Source: Nitriliruptoraceae bacterium
GTDB taxonomy: Bacteria > Actinomycetota > Nitriliruptoria > Nitriliruptorales > Nitriliruptoraceae
DNA: 40,672 nucleotides
Assembly: GCA_007121975.1 (NCBI GenBank)
Contig: SKJO01000007.1
Span: 1-40,672 of the forward strand
Direction: 5' to 3'
Under the pieces are notes generated by a model. The model had not been told where the DNA came from, did no database searches, and saw only the letters and a list, made by a program, of their open reading frames with translations. This document shows positions 14,127-22,834 of the stretch, in pieces. Each line of letters opens with the position of its first letter. Position 1 is the stretch's first letter. A program made the position numbers and the translations under genes.

Positions 14127-15638
14127 TCATCCGCGCCGGGCCTGGGTCTTGATGCGGTTGGTGAGCTCCTGCACCTGGTCGTAGATCGCACGCCGTTCCT
14201 GCATCAGCCGGGCGATCTTGGACTTCGCGTGCATCACCGTGGTGTGGTCGCGCCCGCCGAAGGCCTTGCCGATGCGGGGCAGGGACAGGTCCGTCAGCTC
14301 GCGGGCGAGGTACATCGCGATCTGCCGGGCGGTGACCAGTTGGCGGCTGCGCGATGGGGAGCACAGGTCCTCGACGCTCAGCGAGAAGTAGGCGGCGACC
14401 TCGTCCATGATCAGCTGCAGCCCGATCTCGCGCTCACGCTCGTCGGGGAACAGGTCCTTGAGCACGAGCTCGGCCATCTGGCTGTCAGCGGCCGATCGCT
14501 GCAGGCTGGCAAAGGCCGAGACGCGGATCAGTGCGCCCTCGAGCTCGCGGATGTTGGCCTGGATCTTGGAGGCGATGAGCTCGAGGACCTCGGGTGCGAC
14601 GCCGAGCTGGTCGGTCTCGCACTTCTTGCGAAGGATGGCGATCCGGGTCTCGAGGTCCGGTGGCTGGACATCGGTCATCAGCCCCCACTCGAAGCGGCTG
14701 CGCAGCCGGTCCTCGAGCTGGGCGATCTGTTTGGGCGGCCGGTCGCTGGAGATGACGATCTGCTTCTCGGCGTTGTGCAGCGCATTGAAGGTGTGGAAGA
14801 ACTCCTCCTGCGTGCGTTCCTTGTTCTCGAGGAACTGGATGTCGTCGATCAGCAGCACGTCGGCGCGCCGGTACAACTGCTGGAAGGCGGTGATCCGGTC
14901 GTCGCGGATCGCGTTGATGAACTCGTTGGTGAACTGCTCGGTGGTCACGTAGCGCACGCGGAGTCGCGGGTAGAGGTTGTGCACGTAGTGCCCGATGGCG
15001 TGCAGCAGGTGGGTCTTGCCAAGTCCGGCCCCGCCGTAGATGAACAAGGGGTTGTAGGACTTGGCCGGGGCCTCGGCGACCGCTGTGGCGGCGGCGTGGG
15101 CAAAGCGGTTGGACGAGCCGATCACGAAGTCGTCGAACTGGTACTTGGGGTTGAGTTGGGAATCGACGGCATCGTCGAGGCCCCCCCGCGGGGTGGTCGG
15201 TCCCACGCGGGCGACCGGTCCCGAAGGTCGCCCCGGGGCGGTCAGCGGTGCCAGGTGCTCGGTGATCGTGGCGTCGTGGTCCGGGGGGTCGGGCCGCGAG
15301 GTGACGGGCTGGTCCGACGGTGGTGGCAGTTGATCGTGCAGCGAATCCTCGGTGTGCTCACCCAGGGGCTCGGGACGCGCCTGCACGGTGATGACGATGG
15401 TCAGGTCCCGCTCGGCGGCTTCCGACAGCGCCTGCCGGATGCGGTTCCCGCAGCGGGTGTCGAGCCACTCCCGCGCGAAAGCGTGCGGGGTGGCGAGCAC
15501 GACCGTGTCGTGGCTGTAGCCCACCGGATGGGTGGCGGCCAGCCACTGGCGCTGAGCCGGTGAGGTGATCGTCGGTAGCAGTCGGCCCAGGCTGTGACTC
15601 CACAGCTGGTCGAGATCGAGCGTTGGGGTCGGCGCCAC
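14127..15638 (-). CDS. dnaA: chromosomal replication initiator protein DnaA
   Basis: Walker [14 protein letters not shown], Walker [10 protein letters not shown] and DNA-binding [11 protein letters not shown]. The track ORF (to 16142) would run into rpmH. I trimmed it to GTG 15638, preceded by GGTGAGGAG with a 6-nt spacer, giving [24 protein letters not shown] 15692 is the alternative start. Confidence 0.95.
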   Translation of the reverse strand: MAPTPTLDLDQLWSHSLGRLLPTITSPAQRQWLAATHPVGYSHDTVVLATPHAFAREWLDTRCGNRIRQALSEAAERDLTIVITVQARPEPLGEHTEDSLHDQLPPPSDQPVTSRPDPPDHDATITEHLAPLTAPGRPSGPVARVGPTTPRGGLDDAVDSQLNPKYQFDDFVIGSSNRFAHAAATAVAEAPAKSYNPLFIYGGAGLGKTHLLHAIGHYVHNLYPRLRVRYVTTEQFTNEFINAIRDDRITAFQQLYRRADVLLIDDIQFLENKERTQEEFFHTFNALHNAEKQIVISSDRPPKQIAQLEDRLRSRFEWGLMTDVQPPDLETRIAILRKKCETDQLGVAPEVLELIASKIQANIRELEGALIRVSAFASLQRSAADSQMAELVLKDLFPDEREREIGLQLIMDEVAAYFSLSVEDLCSPSRSRQLVTARQIAMYLARELTDLSLPRIGKAFGGRDHTTVMHAKSKIARLMQERRAIYDQVQELTNRIKTQARRG

Positions 15639-15720
15639 GGCCTGCTCCTCACCGTCGGTTGCAGTGACCCGGGGTGGGCCCTGCGACAGCATGCCCAGGG
15701 TCTGTCCGCCGCGGTGATCG

Positions 15721-15752
15721 CTGTCCACAGCAGCGTCCACAGGTGTGGAGAA
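15721..15752. promoter_or_regulatory. three clustered DnaA boxes just upstream of dnaA
   Basis: CTGTCCACA (15721-15729), GCGTCCACA (15733-15741) and the inverted TGTGGAGAA (15744-15752). Each differs by 1-2 positions from the actinobacterial consensus TTGTCCACA. Confidence 0.55.
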
Positions 15753-16094
15753 CAGAGTCCCGGGGTCTGGTCGGATAACGCGGTGGGGGAAGGCCCTCGT
15801 CGCACACCGCTCCCCGCGACCCGGTGATCGGGACGTGGTGAACGGTGCACGATCGGGACGGCTGGGGACCGTACACCCGGGGCTCGATGCGGGGCAAGGT
15901 CTGCGTGCGGCCACTGGCCGCCTGGCCACGATGATCCGGTCGGCCTCCCGTGGCGGTGGTTGCCGCCGAGTTGGGGGCGGGGCTACTCTGTGTTCTCCCG
16001 CCTGTCGCCGTGAGCGCCCGCGGACGTCTTCTTCTGCGTCCTGGTCCCGGGCTGCGGGTGGTCGCGCACGAACCCCCGACCCAGGGAGCATGCC

Positions 16095-16229
16095 GTGAAG
16101 CGCACCTTCCAGCCCAACCAACGTCGTCGTTCGAAGAAGCATGGCTTCCGTGCGCGGATGCGGACCCGAGGTGGCCGGCGGGTCATCAACGATCGCCGCC
16201 GGCGTGGTCGCGCGAAGCTGTCAGCCTGA
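16095..16229 (+). CDS. rpmH: 50S ribosomal protein L34
   Basis: Not in the ORF track as a separate entry. GTG 16095, preceded by GGGAG with a 6-nt spacer, gives [44 protein letters not shown] (44 aa), the canonical L34 sequence. Confidence 0.95.
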   Translation: MKRTFQPNQRRRSKKHGFRARMRTRGGRRVINDRRRRGRAKLSA

Positions 16230-16234
16230 GCGTC

Positions 16235-16573
16235 GTGCCCGCACCGGAGCGTCTTCGCCACCGCGACGACATCGTCGCGGCGCTCGGCGGTGTGCGACGC
16301 AGCGGTCGGTTGACGGCGATGCATGTGCGTTCGCGAGGTGATCAGGGGCCGCCCCGGATGGCCGTCGTGGCGTCGCGGCGGGTCGGGGGTGCGGTGCAGC
16401 GCAACCGAGCCAAGCGGCTGCTGCGGGAGTCTGCACGGGGTCTGGCGTGGGCTCCGGGCCGGGATCTGGTCCTGGTTGCCCGCTCTGGCTGCGCGCAGGC
16501 CGGTCTGCGCGAGGTGCAGGCAGAGATCGGCGAACTGGGCCGGGAGTTGACGGTCGTGGCGGAGCGGGCGTGA
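16235..16573 (+). CDS. rnpA: ribonuclease P protein component
   Basis: Lies in frame with track ORF 15950..16573. GTG 16235 falls just after the rpmH stop. [19 protein letters not shown]... with the RNR motif ([11 protein letters not shown]). Confidence 0.9.
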   Translation: MPAPERLRHRDDIVAALGGVRRSGRLTAMHVRSRGDQGPPRMAVVASRRVGGAVQRNRAKRLLRESARGLAWAPGRDLVLVARSGCAQAGLREVQAEIGELGRELTVVAERA

Positions 16574-16830
16574 ACAGCAGCACGCAGCAGACCGAGGAGC
16601 AACGTCCATCGTTACTGGGGTGGGTGCTGCTCGGGCTGCTGCGCGCCTACCAATGGACCGCCGTGCTGCGCACACCGCGGTGCCGCTTCTACCCGAGCTG
16701 CTCGAGCTACGCGGTGACGGCTGTCCGGCGCCACGGCGCCGGACGGGGCGCATGGCTCGCCGTGCGGCGGGTGGGTCGGTGTCACCCCTGGAACCTGGGC
16801 GGAATCGATCCCGTCCCCCCGAGGAAGTAG
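16570..16830 (+). CDS. yidD: membrane protein insertion efficiency factor YidD
   Basis: GTG 16570 overlaps the rnpA stop (GTGA). The motif [11 protein letters not shown] is present. Confidence 0.9.
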   Translation: MNSSTQQTEEQRPSLLGWVLLGLLRAYQWTAVLRTPRCRFYPSCSSYAVTAVRRHGAGRGAWLAVRRVGRCHPWNLGGIDPVPPRK

Positions 16831-16836
16831 GCAGCG

Positions 16837-17955
16837 GTGGGTTCGTTCGGTAACTCGGTCATCACGTTCGTGGGCAGTGTGCTCACGTTCCTCCACGATC
16901 TGATCGCGCGTGTCCCGTTCCTCGAGGCGGCCGCCTGGGGCTGGGCGATCATCATGCTCACGCTGCTCGTGCGGGTGCTGCTGCTGCCATTGGCGATCAA
17001 GCAGACCCGGTCGATGCGTGCGATGCAGACGCTGCAGCCGCAGATGAAGGAACTGCAGAAGAAGTACAAGGTCGATCGTGACCTGATGCGCAAGGATCCG
17101 GAGCGTTACCGGGCCCAGAAGCAGAAGCTCAACGAGGAGATGATGGCCCTGTACCAGCGGGAGGGTGCGAACCCGCTGGCCAGCTGCCTCCCGCTGCTCG
17201 CCCAGGCCCCCGTGTTCATCGCTTTGTTCTGGACGCTGCGAGAGTTCGACCCGCTCCGGGGCCAGGAGTTCTACTTCTTCACGACCGTCGGTGAGGGCGG
17301 CCTCGAGATGCTGGTCAGTCAGGCCGGATGGCCGGGCTGGCTGCTGATCGTGTTGATGTCGGGAACCATGTTCTGGTCCATGCGCCAGATGAATGCGCGC
17401 AACGCGGCCCAGATGGGGGACAACCCGATGGCGCAGCAGCAGAAGATCCTGCTGTACGTCATGCCGGTGTTCCTCGCGGTCATCTCGTTCCAGTTTCCGC
17501 TCGGCATCCTGCTGTACTGGGTCACCACCAACGCGTGGCAGGTGGCGCAGCAGGCCATCATCCTGCGGGAGATCGAGCGGGGCGACGCCGCCAAGGAGGG
17601 CGCGTCCTCCGGTGGCGCGGGACCGAGTGAGGGTTCGTCGGGATCACGCTCGCGGGGCGCGACCTCCGGGCGGCAGCCGCGCACGACGGACGATGCCCCC
17701 GATGCCAAGGGCTCCGACGCCAAGGGCTCAGACGCCAAGGACCCTGACGCCAAGGAGGCGAAGGGCAGGGAGGCGAAGGGCAAGGACGGCAAGGACGCGG
17801 GGCCGAAGACTCCCGAGACCGGCGGCACCTCGGGGCGTCGACCAAACAGAGGTTCGAGCAACCCGATCGACAACGGCCGCTCCGGACCTGCCAAGAAGCC
17901 ATCGGGGGACCGTTCTTCCAGACGGCGGGATCACCTGCCGCGTCGTTCGGACTGA
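16837..17955 (+). CDS. yidC: membrane protein insertase YidC with an extended Lys-rich repetitive C-terminal tail
   Basis: 372 aa. The sequence WGWAIIMLTLLVRVLLLPLAIKQTRSMRAMQTLQPQMKELQKKYK is typical of YidC/Oxa1, and the gene follows yidD. Confidence 0.93.
   Translation: MGSFGNSVITFVGSVLTFLHDLIARVPFLEAAAWGWAIIMLTLLVRVLLLPLAIKQTRSMRAMQTLQPQMKELQKKYKVDRDLMRKDPERYRAQKQKLNEEMMALYQREGANPLASCLPLLAQAPVFIALFWTLREFDPLRGQEFYFFTTVGEGGLEMLVSQAGWPGWLLIVLMSGTMFWSMRQMNARNAAQMGDNPMAQQQKILLYVMPVFLAVISFQFPLGILLYWVTTNAWQVAQQAIILREIERGDAAKEGASSGGAGPSEGSSGSRSRGATSGRQPRTTDDAPDAKGSDAKGSDAKDPDAKEAKGREAKGKDGKDAGPKTPETGGTSGRRPNRGSSNPIDNGRSGPAKKPSGDRSSRRRDHLPRRSD
17701..17790 (+). repeat. in-frame 15-bp tandem repeats in the yidC tail (DAKGS/DAKGS/DAKDP/DAKEA/KGREA/KGKDG)
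   Basis: Six consecutive related 15-nt units of the form gaYgccaagg..., read directly from the sequence. Confidence 0.8.
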
Positions 17956-17979
17956 TCACGCAGGAGACAGGAGTCATGC

Positions 17980-18711
17980 ATGCCTTCGTTCCGCTCGACC
18001 TCCACCGGTGAGCTCCCCGAGGCGCTGAGCGCCGCGATCGCGGACGCGCTGGACTGCTCGCAGGACGACGTCCGGGTGAGCCTGGGAACCGCGGTTCTCG
18101 ACGGTCCGGTCACGGTGCACCTGCACCTCGAGCCCGGCCCTGCTCCGACCGCCGACGATGAGCCGGATGGGTCAGGTGAATCGTCCAACGTGCCCGCCGA
18201 GGTGCCCACGCAGGCCGTGGAGGAAGCGGCTGAGGAAGGCGACGAGGAGGTGCAACTCGACCTCGACGCGGAAGCCGATGCGGCCGCAGACTTCCTCGAG
18301 GGACTACTGGACGCGCTCGACCTCCCGGGGGACCTGCGGATCCACGTAGCGCCGGAGCAGGTGGAGATCGAACTCCTCGACATCGGCTCGGGCGTGCTGA
18401 TCGGGCGGCGAGGACAGACGCTCGATGCGATCCAGGAGCTGGCGCGCTGTGTCCTACAGCGCGAGTTCCAGCGTCGCTCCCGGGTGCTGATCGATGCCGA
18501 GGGCTACCGCGCACGTCGCCTCGAGAAGCTGCTCGAGAAGGCCGAGGAGGCGATCGACAGCGTGCTCGACACTGGGGAGCCGGAGCGTTTGGAACCGATG
18601 GATGTCTTCGAGCGTAAGGCCGTGCACCATCTCGTCGCCGGCATCGAGGGGATCACGTCACGCAGCCAGGGGCGTGAGCCCGCAAGGAGGGTCGTGCTCG
18701 AGGTGGAGTAG
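17980..18711 (+). CDS. jag: Jag/KhpB RNA-binding protein (KH + R3H domains)
   Basis: 243 aa with a KH-like GRRGQTLDAIQEL (GxxG) and an R3H-like ERKAVHHLV. It sits in the conserved position after yidC. Confidence 0.9.
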   Translation: MPSFRSTSTGELPEALSAAIADALDCSQDDVRVSLGTAVLDGPVTVHLHLEPGPAPTADDEPDGSGESSNVPAEVPTQAVEEAAEEGDEEVQLDLDAEADAAADFLEGLLDALDLPGDLRIHVAPEQVEIELLDIGSGVLIGRRGQTLDAIQELARCVLQREFQRRSRVLIDAEGYRARRLEKLLEKAEEAIDSVLDTGEPERLEPMDVFERKAVHHLVAGIEGITSRSQGREPARRVVLEVE

Positions 18712-18738
18712 CACGCTCCCCCTTCTGGGTGCATTCGA

Positions 18739-18769
18739 GGCGGCCGATCAGGCCGTCTCGTTGCTTTTC
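18739..18769 (+). terminator. possible intrinsic terminator after jag
   Basis: GGCGGCC-gatca-GGCCGTC forms a 7-bp stem with one G:U pair and a 5-nt loop. It is followed by the T-enriched tract tcgttgcttttc. Folded by eye only. Confidence 0.35.
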
Positions 18770-18894
18770 AGGAACTGCCCGTCGCGCCCACCAGCGGAAA
18801 CGCACGGAGATCGCCCCTACGACTCGTTCACTCCGCCCGGTAGGCCCTCCTATGGGCCGACGTCGCGTTGCAACGTCCCGAGTGGCACGCTGAC

Positions 18895-18910
18895 GGTTCC
18901 ACGTGGAACC
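18895..18910. promoter_or_regulatory. parS-like site 1, perfect 16-bp palindrome GGTTCCACGTGGAACC
   Basis: Read directly from the sequence. Its 14-bp core matches 12 of 14 positions of the canonical parS core GTTTCACGTGAAAC, with symmetric substitutions. It lies in the jag-rsmG spacer, upstream of parAB. Confidence 0.7.
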
Positions 18911-19024
18911 CCCTGCCCTCGCCGGATCAGTTTCCGCCGGCCGGTGCGTCAGGGGTGGCCTACGTCTTCCGTGCAGGACGGATGGCGTCGCCTGCTCCGC
19001 ACCGGGCGGCGCTAGCATGACCCC

Positions 19025-19690
19025 ATGGATGCCGCGTCGCTCACGCAACGACAGCAGGATCAGCTTCGCCAGTTCGTAGACTTGGTCCACGCCTCGCCCC
19101 ACAACCTGGTGTCGCGCCGTGCGGCGGGGGAGCTCTGGTCACGTCACGTCCCCGAGGGCCTCGCCCTGGCGACTCTTCTCGTGGCCCGAACGGGACCATT
19201 GCTTGATCTCGGGAGCGGCGGAGGTTTCCCCGGGGTGGTCCTTGCGATCGCCGAGCCGAACCGCGACACGCATCTTCTCGATGCCACGGCGAAGAAGACC
19301 CGATTCCTCCAGGACGTGGCGGAAGTGCTCGGGCTCCCCGTGACGGTGCACACCGGGCGTGCCGAGGAGGTTTCACGTGGAACGCTCGCCAGGAGGTTCG
19401 CCACCGTGACGGCACGGGCTGTCGCGCCCCTGGAGCGCCTGGTTCCCCTGGCGGCCCCCTTTCTCGCGGAAGGGGGGGTTCTGGTGGCGGTGAAGGGCGC
19501 GTCGTGGTCCGCGGAGCTCAAGCGGGCATCGGGACAGCTCCGCGCGAACCAGCTCGTCCCCCTCGCGACCCCACAGGATCTGACGCTGACCTATGGCGGA
19601 GGCGAACCGCTACGAGTTGTTATGATCGGGCGTCGAGGGACCGTCCTCACGCTCCCCGAACGAGCTTCGCGAGGACCTCATGACGGATGA
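19025..19690 (+). CDS. rsmG: 16S rRNA (guanine527-N7)-methyltransferase RsmG (GidB)
   Basis: 221 aa with SAM motif LLDLGSGGGFPG. It sits in the conserved position before parA, and its 3' end overlaps the parA start by 11 nt. Confidence 0.93.
   Translation: MDAASLTQRQQDQLRQFVDLVHASPHNLVSRRAAGELWSRHVPEGLALATLLVARTGPLLDLGSGGGFPGVVLAIAEPNRDTHLLDATAKKTRFLQDVAEVLGLPVTVHTGRAEEVSRGTLARRFATVTARAVAPLERLVPLAAPFLAEGGVLVAVKGASWSAELKRASGQLRANQLVPLATPQDLTLTYGGGEPLRVVMIGRRGTVLTLPERASRGPHDG
19369..19384. promoter_or_regulatory. parS-like site 2, GGTTTCACGTGGAACG (inside rsmG)
   Basis: Its 14-bp core GTTTCACGTGGAAC matches 13 of 14 positions of GTTTCACGTGAAAC. Confidence 0.7.
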
Positions 19691-20582
19691 TCGTCCGGAT
19701 CTGACGCTGGTACGCGCGGGGCGGATCGTGTGCATTGCGAATCAGAAGGGTGGGGTCGGCAAGACCACAACGGCGGTATCGCTCGCGGCCGCACTCGCTG
19801 AACTCGATGTCCGTGTCCTCATGGTCGACCTCGATCCCCAGGGAAACGCAACGACGGGGATCGGCCTGCGCGTCGAGGAGGGAGATCCCAGCACCTACGG
19901 CGTGCTCGTTGACGGGTTGCCGGTGACCGATGCGGTACAAACGACGTCGAACCCGTATCTCGACGTGCTGCCGTCGTCGTTGGATCTGGCTGGTGCGGAG
20001 GTCGAACTCGTCCCCGCCTTCTCCCGGGAGCACCGCCTTCAACGAGCGCTGGAACCCCTGCACACGGCCTATGACGTCGTGCTCATCGACTGCCCGCCCT
20101 CCCTCGGGCTGCTGACGATCAACGCCCTCGTGGCGGCGGACGAGGTCCTGGTTCCGATCCAGTGCGAGTACTACGCCCTGGAGGGCCTCGGACAGCTCTT
20201 GCGCACGATCGAGTTGGTCGTCAACAACCTCAACCGCGAGCTGACGCTCGGCGCGGTCGTTCTCACGATGTTCGACGGACGAACCAACCTCTCGCAGCAG
20301 GTGGTGGATGAGGTACGCGGCTACTTCGGTGCCAAGGCGCTCTCGACGGTCATCCCCCGCAGTGTGCGCCTCTCCGAGGCGCCGAGTTTCGGCCAGGCGA
20401 TCACGCAGTTCGACCCCGCGAGTCGCGGGGCCCGCTCGTACCAGCGCCTGGCCCAGGAGTTCGCCACGCATCTCGGCCTTCGGGTGGAGAAGCCCGACGT
20501 CTCGCCGTTGGATCGCCTGCTCGGTACGCAACTCGTGGACGATGCCGAGCCCTCGAACCTCGACCAGGAGCACGGATCGTGA
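19680..20582 (+). CDS. parA: chromosome partitioning ATPase ParA/Soj
   Basis: 300 aa with the deviant Walker A NQKGGVGKTTT, plus DLDPQGNAT. Confidence 0.95.
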   Translation: MTDDRPDLTLVRAGRIVCIANQKGGVGKTTTAVSLAAALAELDVRVLMVDLDPQGNATTGIGLRVEEGDPSTYGVLVDGLPVTDAVQTTSNPYLDVLPSSLDLAGAEVELVPAFSREHRLQRALEPLHTAYDVVLIDCPPSLGLLTINALVAADEVLVPIQCEYYALEGLGQLLRTIELVVNNLNRELTLGAVVLTMFDGRTNLSQQVVDEVRGYFGAKALSTVIPRSVRLSEAPSFGQAITQFDPASRGARSYQRLAQEFATHLGLRVEKPDVSPLDRLLGTQLVDDAEPSNLDQEHGS

Positions 20583-21481
20583 CTCGGCGCACCGGACTCG
20601 GCCGCGGCCTCGCCGCCCTGATCCCCCCCGGAGAAGACGTCAAGGCGAGCCTCATCGAGGTCGACATCTCGGAGGTCACGCCCAACCCGCATCAGCCTCG
20701 GGAAGTCTTCGATGACGCGGAACTCGAGGGGCTCGCGGCGTCGATCAAGGACATGGGCCTGCTCCAGCCCGTCGTGGTGCGGCTCCGCGAGGACCAGGGC
20801 TATGACCTGATCGCCGGGGAGCGGCGCGTTCGAGCCGCGAAGTTGGCCGGGCTCGAGCGGCTGCCGGCGATCGTTCGGCACACGGAGGACGCCGACCTGC
20901 TCAAGGAGGCCCTGGTCGAGAACATCCACCGGGTGCAGCTCAATCCCCTGGAGGAAGCGGCGGCGTACCGCCAACTCCTCGACGACTTCGGCTTCACCCA
21001 GGAGGAGCTGGCGAACTCACTCGGTCGTTCCCGCCCCTCGATCACCAACACGATGCGGCTGCTCTCGCTGCCCGCTCCGATCCAGCGCCGCGTCGCGGCT
21101 GGCGTGCTCAGCGCCGGCCATGCCCGAGCGGTCCTGGGACTTCCTGACGCGTCGAGCCAGGAGGCGGTCGCGGAGCGCATCGTGTCAGAGGGGCTTTCGG
21201 TTCGTGCCACGGAGGAGCTCGTCCGCCTGAAGGTCCTCGACGATCCGGACACCGAAGTCCGTCGTCGTCGGTCCAACCGACCTCCCGTCCCTGGCGGGAT
21301 GGTCGAACTTCAGGACGATCTCACGCAGGCCCTGCGAACCCGCGTGCGGATCTCCATGGGGGCCAAGCGGGGCAGGATGCAGATCGAGTTCGGCAGCGTC
21401 GAGGATCTCGAGCGCATCGTCGACGTCATCGCCCGGGGGCTCGAGGATGGCACGGTCAGTGCCGAGATCGTCGACCGCTGA
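20579..21481 (+). CDS. parB: chromosome partitioning protein ParB/Spo0J
   Basis: 300 aa with GLGRGLAALI and the arginine patch GERRVRAAKLAG. Its start overlaps the parA stop (GTGA). Confidence 0.95.
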   Translation: MTRRTGLGRGLAALIPPGEDVKASLIEVDISEVTPNPHQPREVFDDAELEGLAASIKDMGLLQPVVVRLREDQGYDLIAGERRVRAAKLAGLERLPAIVRHTEDADLLKEALVENIHRVQLNPLEEAAAYRQLLDDFGFTQEELANSLGRSRPSITNTMRLLSLPAPIQRRVAAGVLSAGHARAVLGLPDASSQEAVAERIVSEGLSVRATEELVRLKVLDDPDTEVRRRRSNRPPVPGGMVELQDDLTQALRTRVRISMGAKRGRMQIEFGSVEDLERIVDVIARGLEDGTVSAEIVDR

Positions 21482-21488
21482 ACGGACC

Positions 21489-22160
21489 TCAACGCGACTG
21501 GCGCAGCACCGACCCATCGACGGTACCGAGCAGGGCTTCGTCTGCGAGACCGACGAACAGGCCGGTCTCGACCAGGCCCGGGATAGCGCGCAGCCGCGCA
21601 TCGAAGCCCCCGGGGTCCTCGATCCCGCCCGGGATGACGGTATCGAGGAGCAGATTGCCGTTGTCGGTCACGACCGGTGCCTGCTTGTGCTCGCGTCGCT
21701 GGACGTGCAGACCCCAGGATTCCAGACGTCGCTGCACCGGTGCGCTGGCGAAGGGGACGACCTCGAGCGGGAGCGGGAAGCTGATCCCGAGTCGTTCGAC
21801 CCGCTTGTCCGCCGTGGCGATGACAACGAAGCGCCGTGCAAGCGAGGCGACGACCTTCTCCCGGAGGAGTGCACCGCCACCACCCTTGGTGAGACACAGG
21901 TGCGGGTCGAGCTCGTCTGCGCCATCGATGGCAAGATCCAGCGTCGCCACCTCGTCGAGGGTGGTGAGGCGGATGCCCAGCTCCTGGCAGCGCTTCGCCG
22001 TCGCCTGCGACGTGGCAACGCCGACGATATCGAAGGTACGTTCGGCCAACAGGTCGAGCAGGAAGTCCACGGTGGAGCCCGTTCCCAGCCCGAGCGTCAT
22101 GCCGTCGCTGATCTCCTCCATCGCTGCGCGTGCCGCTGCGCGCTTGGCCGTGTCGCTCAT
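21489..22160 (-). CDS. rpiA: ribose-5-phosphate isomerase A
   Basis: 223 aa with GLGTGSTV, AIDGADE and KGGGGALLREK motifs. Its ATG overlaps the stop of the upstream HAD gene (ATGA). Confidence 0.9.
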   Translation of the reverse strand: MSDTAKRAAARAAMEEISDGMTLGLGTGSTVDFLLDLLAERTFDIVGVATSQATAKRCQELGIRLTTLDEVATLDLAIDGADELDPHLCLTKGGGGALLREKVVASLARRFVVIATADKRVERLGISFPLPLEVVPFASAPVQRRLESWGLHVQRREHKQAPVVTDNGNLLLDTVIPGGIEDPGGFDARLRAIPGLVETGLFVGLADEALLGTVDGSVLRQSR

Positions 22161-22834
22161 CCGTCGTCACTCCGCCAGGTGTCGAGCAAGGTGGGCAGCT
22201 CCCCGAGCCCCTCGAGCACGAGGTCGGGCTCGACCTCGTCGGGCAGGTCCTGCAGCCGGCCCCACGGGCCGCGACGTAGCCAGCACGTCCGCCACCCCAG
22301 TTCCATCGCAGGGAGCACGTCGTTGTCGGCGCGGTCGCCCACGTACAGCAGGGTCTCCGGTTCCGGGTTCGCCAGTTGAGCGCGGACTGCGGCGAAGAAC
22401 GCCGGATCGGGCTTGCTGTGTCCGAGTTGCTCGGAGGTCAGTACCCGTGAGGCCGGCAGCGCGAGCGCCTCGAGCTGCGGACCGCGCCGGACCGGCTGGT
22501 TACCGGCGAGCACGACGCGCAGGCCCAGATCCGTGAGCGCCTGGAGACACGGACGCACGTCGGGGTAGAGATCCTGCTCGGCGAATCCGCCGTAGCGCCG
22601 CTCGTGTTCGTTCTCGAGCAGGGGCCAGTCCAGGTTCGGGACCAGATGCTCGAACACCGAGGAGACCGGCTCGCCCTGGCTGACCGCCGCGCCGAGCACC
22701 GCGCCGAAGGTCAGCGAGGAGACCCCGATCAGCTCGGCCCAAAGCTGCCACACGCGGCTCTCGTCGATCAGCACCTCCCCGATGTCGAACACCACGGTGT
22801 CGGGCGCGGGGCCGTCGTTGGGCTCGGTGCTCAT
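22157..22834 (-). CDS. HAD-superfamily hydrolase (subfamily IA-like)
   Basis: Motif I VVFDIGEVLID (the second Asp is replaced by Gly), motif III GHSKPDP and motif IV GDRADND. Its start overlaps the ddl stop (ATGA). Confidence 0.8.
   Translation of the reverse strand: MSTEPNDGPAPDTVVFDIGEVLIDESRVWQLWAELIGVSSLTFGAVLGAAVSQGEPVSSVFEHLVPNLDWPLLENEHERRYGGFAEQDLYPDVRPCLQALTDLGLRVVLAGNQPVRRGPQLEALALPASRVLTSEQLGHSKPDPAFFAAVRAQLANPEPETLLYVGDRADNDVLPAMELGWRTCWLRRGPWGRLQDLPDEVEPDLVLEGLGELPTLLDTWRSDDG

Noticed and set aside
15639-16142. N-terminal extension of dnaA to a 671-aa ORF
   Set aside because: It would overlap the divergent rpmH start and read through the DnaA-box trio. The extra residues are rich in Arg and Pro. 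A GTG with a strong RBS sits just before the conserved domain I.
18494-19015. 173-aa plus-strand ORF covering the jag-rsmG spacer
   Set aside because: It starts inside jag in another frame, its composition is Arg/Ser/Pro-biased, it has no RBS, and it would bury the parS palindrome. I treat the region as non-coding.
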